64,000 nucleotides of DNA, taken from Styela clava. Taxonomy: Eukaryota. The notes beneath the pieces are model-generated. The model searched no databases. It worked only from the letters and a program-made list of their open reading frames with translations, and had not been told where the DNA came from. The DNA lies in the NCBI RefSeq assembly GCF_964204865.1, contig NC_135251.1, positions 20,026,001-20,090,000 of the forward strand. Reading direction: 5' to 3'. A program made the position numbers and the translations under genes. This document shows positions 28,601 through 40,600 of the stretch, piece by piece. Positions within the stretch are counted from its first letter, which is position 1; the number at the start of each line of letters is the position of its first letter.

Positions 28601-31600
28601 CTATTGAATGGAAAAATACGCAAATGTCAAACTTTCCCGTTTTTCGGAGAACAGAAATTCGAACTCAAATAACCTATATAAATCATGAAAACGCCCAATA
28701 GGCAAAATTATAGACAAACTGACGCCACATCTGTCAAAATGTGGCGACTTTTTGACTATTACTTTATAATACCTTCCAGAAAAAAACATTCGAGGATAAA
28801 TCGTAAGTAATCCTCGAATTAAAATAAACATAAAAACAAGACAATGCTTGAATGTAAATCAACAGTTTTAATCCGACAAAACGGATTACATTGCGGGTGA
28901 AGCTTCTGGGATTATTAGTTAGATAACCTGTGAGATGTAGCAACTTGAACATTGCCTGCTAGTCTTGGTATGGATAATGGCTTGTAAATCCTTGAAACTA
29001 CATGAGCTAATTAATTGGCTTTTATCTAATTTCGGAAGCTATGGACAACAGAATGATGACCTCATGTTGTTGGTCATTAATTCTCCTACGCGTAAGAATG
29101 TAGCGCAAACACTGAAACCGGGGAGTTGTCGTCCATGTCACAACATTTGCTTAGCATATAGTTTGTCAAAGATAATATTTATTCCTTATAATTTTTGAAC
29201 TGATAAGAATACCAATAGTTTGCGTACTAACTTTTATCGTATTTTGTAGAGTTAGGAGAACTGATTTACTACCAAAAATAGGTTTTTAGATTAATGTTGG
29301 AAATATATCCGTTTTGGGGCTTAGACGATATGCACCTTTTTTCATCGTGACATCAATTTTATCACAACTAAAACGTTGAATCTAAACAGTAAATTCAATA
29401 TACAGTCCAGTCCAAGGTTAAAGGTTTTTGATTGCGTAACCAATGACACATGTTTTGATAAAATGAAAAATATGGATAGCCAACATATTGTTAACCTGTT
29501 TTGAATTTTGCATATCCAGTAAATATATATGAAAAATAAAATGTCATTTCATACCCTGACATGATCTATGCAACCTCTGACCCCTTCATCGTTAACTCTA
29601 CAACGTTGTCCTACAGGACATCCATCACGTGATGTGCATACCAATTCTCCTTCTCCAAGACAAGAACATTCATTGGTACAGTTGCGATTGAAATATGTGA
29701 ATCCTGTTTACAATTTCGATGTAAATAATAGTTGATAAAGCCAACTTGGCTACTAACTAAACTAATTATATTTCCATACGGCAAGATTTCGAAAGTGTAT
29801 CCAGTTCACTCCTTTATACCATTTAATCTATATTACGCCAATTAGGCTTCAGTTGAAAACCGCTTTTGAAGTGTCTCTTTCAATGTTTATACCAATGCAA
29901 AAAAGCAAAATAGAAATTCTCCATTCATTCTCAAATTTTTGGAACAATTTTACATCAAAATGAGCCAGATTTATTTTGGCAACTTTGTCGCTGCGTGTAA
30001 TACGGAAATGTGTAAACAAAATTAGACGCGAAAAACATATTTTGTTAGCAATGATTTAAAAGGAAAAACAACGTCTCACATACATATTACAATATTTTAT
30101 AAATATTTCATATTTTCTGTTAATAATGATTAATTTAAGATGTTACCTCTCATTTTATCATTATGAATGCTTATATTATTTTGTTACATGCGCCGATTTC
30201 ACATTATTTTTTTTATAAAATTACTGGCAATGCATATAATGTAAATATTTTATGGTATGAAATGCTTGAAATATAATGTTTAATTTCTTAGCTACAAAAT
30301 ATATTTTGTTTCGTATTTATAATTTTTATTACCATACAAATATTTTCAATTTACAGTTATTTGACCCCGATACAAGTATGACAATGCATGATTGCATATA
30401 AAAATGCACACCAACAAAATGAACCCTAAAAAGCAATATACCTTTTTCTACGTAACGTCCTTCTATTTCGCATCCGCATTCAGATTCTGCTATGCAAGCA
30501 TCACCAGATAAAACATATCCTTCGTCACAAACACAAGCTATAGAAAAAGTGAAGTAAACAGTTTTGTTACGGTAATATTGACTAAATCATAACTAAATAT
30601 GTATAAAAGTAGCAAGCAAATGTCTTAGACATATCGTTAGGGGTTGATTAAATTTTTAAAGAAATCTCACCGTCAACGCATGGAGTTGATAAAGAATCGC
30701 TTGCAAGACATTTTTCACCATCTTTGTCCGTGCATGTTGCTTGACATGGGGAGGTACAGCTTTCAAAATGAGAATTTTCTCTACACAAAGCAGCTGTGAA
30801 CAAAGAGATAAGTTTGTATACATAGGAAAAACAAGATATACAGTGACAGAAAACTTTGTGTCATACATAAATACTACTATGTACAATTTTTATGTCATAC
30901 CATGAATTAACACAAAAAGTAAATAACTTAGATTACCATAGTATCGTTTTCCATAAAAAAAATACTTGAAAATTATTAATATGCATATTAAATATTAGGA
31001 AAATAAAACATTTTGTATTTGTTTATTACAATAAAAAATTAAATAAATTTTCAACTATTGGAATAATTTCATATATATACATATTCCAATTTTTCACATT
31101 CTCATGTTAACAATAGCATACGCCAGTACCTTCTTCTTCCGGTGTTCTAAAATTTAAATCTCCAGGAGGGACTTCGTCAGACACTGCATCTTCTCTACAA
31201 TCTTCAGTATAAGAAGAAATAATTCTTTCTCTTATTGCTGGGTCACCATCGGTAGCACACATGTCGAAAACGCAATCGTTGTAAGACGAATTGGGATTTC
31301 GAATTTCGAAACAGTTAACCAAAGGGCTGTCAGGATCGATCAGTACTTTACATTGCTCGCGATACTCTTGTAACTGATCATCAGATCCACAGAAGTGATC
31401 AGGCTGCGATGGAAGATCTTCACATCTGTAATGTAAATTCAAAAATAAATAATGTCGGAAGTTTTTTATATGAAATAAATTAGACGGGAGTTGTTTCAGA
31501 CCGTCTTTGTCTATTTTCTGGTCGTTATTAGATCACCCAGCAATTCAGGATTCGGGTGGACAATGCATTACGGAAATGATTTTGAAGTAAGAACTGCGTT

Positions 31601-34600
31601 GTCCAATGTCAATGTGTGAACCAGATCGCAAGAGGATTTTGGATATTCTCTGTTCAATTTGACACCTCCTGTCCCTTTTCGAGCATTACAGTGTATACTA
31701 ACACAAATTGTAATATTTATAACAGCAAAAATATAACATACCCTTCCGTTTGATATCCAGGTTCAATCCAGCTGTTAACAAATTCATCAATCTCCGTTAC
31801 AATTGTACCCTCAGGAGTCATAAAATCGTTGCTCTGATCGTCGTTGAAATCACCACACAGTCCTTCCATCGTTCCTTTTAATCTCGCCCAAGCCATGATT
31901 CTCAACCTTTGAAGTGGAATAAAAAACATCTAATTTTCTAGAACAAGAGAATCTATCATTTTCTGGGGCGAAAGAATCTCTCATATTTAGATGCGAGAGA
32001 AACTCTCGTATTTGGAAATTTCGTATTTTCGATTGGATCAGATAAAAATCTATTTTCTTACCTGTCTATTCCGTCCCATCTTATGACAAGTCCAAACGGA
32101 AATTCCACCACAAAGAATCTACCAACCATTCTAAACTCGATACCATTTAGAGTTGTCCCAGCTAATACTCGCTCGCTGTTAACCTTGAAAATAATGGCAT
32201 AAGAATTGAGAAAATGAATAAATTATTCGTAATAATTTCAGTCGGACATTAAAAAATTAAGCAATATTGTTCTGATAGCTTGAGATTATTATACGATTTC
32301 TTGTTATCACACTGCTATAGATGTCATTCAATGCATCTAACAATGTTTCTACTGTAGACAGAAATCGATATTTTATCTGATATGCAGAGTTGTTAGCAAA
32401 GTATGAATGCATTGAACCTCATTTACAACAACAGATATTGTTTTGGGTTATGTATTAGTGCTATCGCTTTATCACAATCATATATTAAAAATTATGAAAA
32501 AAAGTGTATGTCAAAGCAATGAGAAAAACTTACCGTTACGTTTGGTCCAGCTGTAAATCTAATAACTATGTCATCGCCAATGTACGCATATACTTCTCTC
32601 ACACTGGAAACGGTTTCGTTGGCGTTTCTTGGTTTTTCATTTACGGCTACTATCCGGAAGGGCGTCACATCCGCGCCTACTTTGCTCCTGAAATAAGTAA
32701 TAAAACCACGATCAAATCATTGGACAAATTTCAACTTATTCTAGAACTAATGAGAAAATAATCTCAAGAACTCAAAACATTCTTACTTCGCCATGACGTA
32801 AGCACACAATCCCATAGAATCGAAATTTATTCCATCAAAAGTCAAATAATGTGGATCGGTGACCGCTTTGCATGTTGCTCGTCTCTGCAATAACAATAAT
32901 TAATTTACTGGAAAGAACAATTAGAGCAATTTGGATTAAACATGGTAGGCAAGTTATTGTTATAGTGTATATTATATGACACAATACTACACTATTCTAT
33001 ACATATTAAAGTATACCCTTGGTCTTGTGAAACATTCAAAATAGCCATCTCCTCTTTGTTGGCATCTGTCTCGATTAAGTTGACATCCGCCAGGAGTAGG
33101 CCCGCAGTTCAAATTGTCTGGTCCTTGGCAAACGCAAGTTTGAGTACAATCAGCAATAGCGAATGTAAAGCCTGTTGGAAATGATAAAAAATATGTTAAT
33201 AATGACATTTACCACTATATACAACATTTCTGGTAACAAGGCTAAAGCGTTGGAATTACGTCACAAATATGATGGCCAAAATAACAAATAATCGTATTTT
33301 AATATTAAAAATTTATATTACCAAACAAAAGTTTACAATTTTATCAGTTCGCTATAAATACTATGAAATTTTCAGTAGTTTTTGTTTACGGTATAAAATA
33401 GAATACAATAGCGTTTTTGTTTTAATATACCAACTTGAAATAGGTTAGCTTGAAACTGATGAAGTAAATATCTTAGAATACAAAAGTTGATGTTGCCGAA
33501 CTCTACCTTTCTTTTCATAGCGACCATTAACATTACATCCACAATCTTCAGGTTTTACGCATTCATTACCAGACAAAAGTAATCCATCGGCGCAGACACA
33601 ACCTTAAAATAAAAAAGCAAGTGTTTTATTCATATTACATTGCCTAAAGAAAGCAGATTCAATCAACTGACCTAAGTAAAAAAAGCAATTCAAACTGATC
33701 AGCATAAATATTTATATGTATATTTTGGAAATGCTCTGCTAGTTGCAATAAACCGACATTAAGTTGCCAATTGGTTGATTAACATCAAACTGATTCGACA
33801 AGTATGAATCTTTACCTTCAACACAAGTTTGTCCAAGTCTGTTAGGTTTCTTTTCTCTGCATAGTGAACCAGTAGGATCAGAACAAGTCGGTTGGCATTG
33901 CTCCATGCAGCTATTGAACGTACCATCGATACAAGTTTGAGCTGAAATTGAGTTAATTAAAAAATATAACTTGTGTTTTCATAATGACTTTTGCAGTTGA
34001 GTTTTGTGCCTGGTGATATTCATATTTCCATTCTGCAGTTATTTCATTTCTGCATGTATAATGGACTGTGAATTAAAACATTATTTACAAAAACTGTGAA
34101 ACTCGCGATATCAAGAATTTGACCCAGAGATGATATTGCAAACATGTTTATGGCCAATAAGATTCAATAAAATTAATGCTATATTAATATATTTTAACGT
34201 ACGCATCCCCTCAGTATCTCTCCATTCTTGTGGTCTTCCACTTTCTTCCAAGCAATCGTGAGTGTAAGATGCAAATGTTCTTTCTTTTATCGTGTTATTT
34301 CCATTATAAGCGCAAAGATCGTAAACGCAATCCCTTGCAGCTTTGACTGGATCTACATATTGGTGACAGGAAGCGAACGACCCTTTTGGATCAGTTAAAG
34401 CCCTGCATTCTTCTTGGTACCAAGCAAGTGAAATAGTATCGGTGCATGGTGGCTGCGGAATCTCAGTGCCGGGATGGTCGAAACATCTGTCGACCAAAAG
34501 CGAAATGTTATATAAGTGCTTGCAAATATGCCAAATGAAAACAAGCAGAATAAAGACCAGGAATCACAAAAACGATACGTATGCTTGGCTTTGTTTAAAA

Positions 34601-37600
34601 CAAACTTGATTTGATTATTATATATTGAACAGAGATTGAACAATTTGATAATTTCAAAACCACCATTTTATATGAAATTTCGTATTCAATTTTGAAATAG
34701 AAATATGCATACTAACACCTATACACAAATTTTCAAATACCAAAACTTTACGAAATGAACGTAGACTCAAAAAAAATCTTATTCACCCTTCTGTTCCGTA
34801 TCCCTCGATTCTCCAGCTTTCAGCAAACGATCCGGGATCAGGTAGATTTTCTTCTGTTGGTCTGACGGCAAAATCATTGTCAGGATTGTCGTCAAAATCG
34901 CCACACAAACCTTCAACCATATAACGAAGCGGAGACCAAGCAGTGATACGAAGTCTGATAAGAATTAATGTAATATTCATGGTTCAAAATAGGTTTCAGT
35001 AATTTACTATATTCATGGGATGCTGGAAATATTTGAATTTAGTTGATTTATTTGTTCAAAATTTATGATTCAAGCTAAACTGCTAAGTTATTATATCTGT
35101 CTTGCAATAAGCTCTTTTGTTTGCTTTATTACAATCACTGATTTTGTCCCTCGTAATTTTAGCTATAGTAATACGAAGAATTTTGGATAACTTTTGGGTT
35201 AAAATTTTGATCTTTAACATATTTTTTTCAAGCCGTATAATAAAAATAGTATTACCTATCCACACCGTCCCATCTGACCACAATTCCGAAATGAAAATCG
35301 GCTACGACAAATTGTCCAACTCTTCTAACATCAACACCATGTAAACTGCTTCCGGGGTTAATGACTTTGTCGTCAAGCTACGCAATAAAACAATGAATTC
35401 GTACAAATTACTTGATCTAATTTCTGAAATTAGATGAATGGAGTTGCATTCGATCTGGTGCAACTCATCAATCATCTCGCCCATGGCTTAAGTAATTGGT
35501 TATTTCATGATACTAAATTTCCCGATGCTTGACAGTTTGTGAAATTCAGCTGACCAATAGTATGGAGACTCGATCAAGTTGGTTCATTACGTCTCGTACA
35601 ACATATGTTGATTGAATTTTAAAAATTTTAAAACTGAATCGCTCTCATGATGAATCGATTAGTATAAGAACAGCTTACAAAAAGCATATAATAAATAGGT
35701 ACTTTATACTCGATGATTTGGTAGCAAACAATATACTTACAATTACTATTGGCCCTCTCAAGAACGTCAAAGTATGTCCGTCGCCAAAGTGAACGTGAAC
35801 TTCTTTCACGTGTGTTGCATTTGCGTTTACTGTGGATTGTTCATTCACTGAGATCACAGTGAACGCTGTTGCTTTGGTTGCGTTTCGTTTTGACCTAAAT
35901 TCGAATAGTTGGATGAGTTTGTACAAAAACTTTACTTTCATATTTTATGTTATAACAATAGGAGAAGCCATGCAGAAGGGGTAATTTGAACGATCGGAAC
36001 CAGCACCACACTCGAGCAGAATGCAACGGGACAATGCTATTCGATTGCAATGTTTTTAAAATCAGAAAATCTGACGTCAGATATATTAGAAAGTGATCAA
36101 TAAGTAATCAAATCAGTTAACGAGAAATGATGTTGTGTGCAACAACATGAATACTTTCTTACCTGACCATAACGTACGCGCATGTTCCCATTGAATCAAA
36201 TTTAGTCCCGTCGAATGTTTGATAATGGGGATCAGTCACTGCCTTGCACGTTGCACGATTCTACAAACAGATTAGATATAATTAATATTTAGTTTATTAT
36301 TTGCTATTCAATGCAAAGATACAAGCCACTTGGTTTCCTGGATGCGGCATGCAGTGAAAATTTTATTAAAACATGGATTTATATATACCTACCAAATAAT
36401 TTAATCAAGTATATAACATTGGGTGGTTTATATTAAATTTGTTGAATATTTACGACCCTGAGGCTAGAATATTATAAAAATGAATATTCGGTAGTCGCGT
36501 TATCAATCTCCATCTAAACAAAAAAAATTCCGTATCAAACTATACCTGGTATCTGAATAAACAGATAAAGACAGTAACACCGTCATGTAAATGCAAAATT
36601 TCTTGGTAATTTCACCAAACAGTAAACAAATCAAAATTAAACTGCGGATGACAAGCGGTTTTGTGCACGTTGACTGGATAATCTCAGTAATCAAAAGTTT
36701 TGTCATAATATACCTGTATAATTGAATTATAAGTTCTTACCCTCAACTTTTCGATACAACGATGAAATCCATCAGTTCCTTTCGTACAATTAGCGCGACG
36801 ACTGCATGGATCTACGTCTTTGCAGCCTTCACCACATATACATTGTCTTTCGCAGCCTTCTAGTCTGTATGTGAATCCTGGAACGATGTAGAAAAGGTTG
36901 AAATGCTAAATTCGTTTATTATTCAGAAAGTTGTACGTTGAGATCAAGATTTTATTGCTTGGTGACTATTAGTGCTCTTTTTTGGACTTGCAAAGGTTTT
37001 CCAAATTTTCAAAATACGTTTTTATATCGATTATTTTTTTGGTGCAACGAAGAATCAGAGACACAAATTCTTTTCGACATTGATACACTCTGACGAAATT
37101 TGAAATAACGCTGCGTCATCTACCATTTCTTTTAACACACAAAATCCAAGATTTTACACCGATATCAAAAATTAAATCCCAAGTATGTCAGCATGTCACG
37201 TTTTTTTTTTTTATAGTTGCATGGTACATTATTAGTCAGTGTTTTAGACCCCAATTATATATTTCGATGACAAGAAACCTTGTTACCTAAATGAGTTACA
37301 ATACAATCTTAATCACATCTCATTAATGATTGAAAGTGTCATAATATAAAAAGATATGACCTTTATAAACTAGAGTCAAATAGCAGTAATTGAACAATAG
37401 ATTGACCCTTCTATCTACTTTATAAATGTCGATGTGATTTTTTATAATACGAAATTATCAAACTCATTTGTATTGATCTGAACCCCTTCAAAGTCCTGAT
37501 TTTGATAAAGACCTGGCGACTAAAACTCGAAACAAACACGTGGTAGTGCTTCGATTCCATACAAAAAAAAAATTGTGGTGAATATTCTATAAACGCAGCA

Positions 37601-40600
37601 AGTTAACGATACTATTAATTTGAATTAAAAAAGTTTACATACAATAGGCTTCAACGTAGCAGAAGAAAAATCAAGACAATAACAGTTATTATTTGATGGG
37701 AGACCAATAATTGAAACTGATCGATTTGACGATCTAAAATACGGTAGCGTAAATTAGTTACCGTACCCGGATATCCTATCCATAATTTTATGAAACACGA
37801 AACCCTTGCTATAGCGGTTTTCGGTCGTTTGGTATTTTTTAACAAAAGAATATAAATGCCAATTCATTTAGCAAGTTTCGATACTATGTTTTTCTCCTTT
37901 ACATCACGTTACTTTATCTGACGGGTGATAACATCTTGTCTATTGTTATTCATGATGCCTGTATTTGGTAATTGAGTCGATTTTAACCACTAGTCTAGTG
38001 CGTCACCTAATAGTCAAAGTAATATCCAGTATCTAGGGATTTAACAACTATATGCCGCAATTTTGACGTCATAATCATCCAAAGACCGACAAACGAATAT
38101 CGCTAACACAACAGTTTTGGGCCGGTGGTGATTTCTATTTACTTAGTTGTATATGAACCCATAAATTTAATCCACGGAGGAGTAAGAATTGAAAACACAT
38201 CATTGAACAAAAATGGTATTCAGTTGTGACCATGGGGATTATTAAAATATGTAATACCATATTTATGGTGACAAATACCATTTAATCTGTAATACAAAAA
38301 ATTAAATTGAGTCAATATACCACATGATGTGAAAGAAACATAATAGTTTCATAACATTGATATGTGATGATATTTTTCACGTTATCATTTCTTCGAACAG
38401 AAACGTAGTAATCATGAATGTAGAAGTTCAACTATGATAGTTTCCCAGTGCGCAAACCTTTTGCAGGGTAATGTAGTTCCAGAGTTAAGAAATCCAGAGT
38501 TAAGAAAAAATAAAATCAGTATATTCAGTGGAATGTTTAAAATCAACTTCGCGTAAAACTAATCAGGCGATCATGACAATGAAAAGCACTAAAAATCTTA
38601 CCTTTGGGATAATAGATATCATTGATAATGCATCCACACTCTGATTCAGGAACACAGACACTTCCAGATAATATGTATCCCTTGTTACAAACACATCCTG
38701 CAAAAACAGATACATTCGGTTAATTGGCTAGTTCGATGCCTGACAAGAAAAATACAAATATGCTATTTTCCAAATCCATACCTTCAATGCAACTATCTGA
38801 TGGTGTAGGACTGATAGTAGATATCGAATCGGCACACGTAGCGGGAACTGTGGGTGCACATCTTTCGTAGTGAGAATTTGGTTCACATTCAATTGCTGTA
38901 ATAAAAAGATATCCGTTGTTATATAACTATATAACTCAGGTATTTGAACAAAGAGGAAAATCACGCACAAATTCCCAACTGCACTCTCCAGTCACAAACT
39001 GTAATTGACTCCCGTTGACAAGCATCCGCATACGCTCTCACGAGAACGTCCAAAGCGGTGAAGTCATCAGCAGATTGGCAGAGTACATTGACGCAATTCT
39101 GTAACAAAAATCAGATTTTTACTTTCAAGACCACTCATCAGGTCAAATGTCAGCAAAATGTTCAAAATTCTACGCACCTCATAAAAGTTCTTTGGCTCAA
39201 TTACGTCATGGCACAATGCAAAGCACCCTTGGTCGCTTTTATCGGTGATGATGCCGCATTGTGAGATAGCCTTGCTCAATTCACTTTCGCTACAAACCGG
39301 TTCGTCTCTTAGTTGTTGAATACCGTTATTACATCTGTACATAGTTAATGTATTGAATTAATTCGGAAAATGGTAAAACAAAGTAGACCAGTCTATATGG
39401 CAATACTAATTGTGGAAGAGCGAGCCTGTTGAGTTTCCTGTCAAGGCATTACATCTGAAAATTACAAAACCGCGACAAAAGATGAATTATTTTTAAACTT
39501 GTAATCCTTAGAGTGTTCTCTTGTTAGATGTTAAGTTATTTAAATGAGTAATTATATAGGAATGTAAAACCTTAAAAATGTAATAAGCACTGCCCAATAG
39601 AACGTCACACTTGTTTAGGCTTAAAACAAATGAGTTTTATTGTTTTGACAAAATAAAGGGTAATAATATAATTCTTCTTAGCAACGGATTTAGGCGTAAC
39701 AAATCACAAATCCGATAATATGGTATTTTAAACAAACTACGTAAATGTATGATTAATATGTGGTTTTAATTCAATAATAATTTCTATACACGCTGAAAGT
39801 TTCACAGGATTAAAATTTTTATTCGGTGATTATTTACTTCTCTACCTTGGACCGATTGGCGTAAAGTATAAAGAATTTGCTACCGACTATAATGCATAAA
39901 CAACTCACGAATAATACGCGATTACTACTTGATTATTCAAGTTCACTAGGAAAATATTATACAGGTAGTCCTCGACTTACGACGTTGTTCCGTTCTTGAG
40001 ACGTGGTGTAACCCGAATTTCAGTGTAAGTCGGAACATTATACTGTACAGTACATAAATTACTCTATACATATCGTACTGTATTGTAAAGTATGGCACAG
40101 TAATAAAATGTACAAATAATGCAAAAAGTACGATTTAAATGAGGAAAACCAATGAGCCCACAGAACTGATTTTCTTGATCACAATTATCCAGTTTAAGGG
40201 CTTAGATATTACAGTACAGAATTATATTTTATATTTTTTTGGAAGTGCGTTCGTAACCTCGAAACAGGGTAAGTCGCGACCGTCGTAACCCGAGGACTCC
40301 CTGTATACTTATATTTCAAAAGTTTTTTCGACCCGTCTGGCGCAAAAGACTTCAATTATTAAAAGTGCATTTATCTACGTTCGAATTACTCTCGTAAACT
40401 AACGAAATTGTGTATGAATAAATGTGTCCTATAGTTAGTACATATCTGTTGGCCAAATTTTCACTCCAAGTCAAATCAAAAGTTCAGTACTGCAATGCGC
40501 GATACCTTCCATTTTGTCATTGGCGTGATTGTTTTCAACTGATTTAATAAAGTAGTAACGTTTGCATTGCAGTGTTCAAAAGTTTGTTTCATGTCATATA

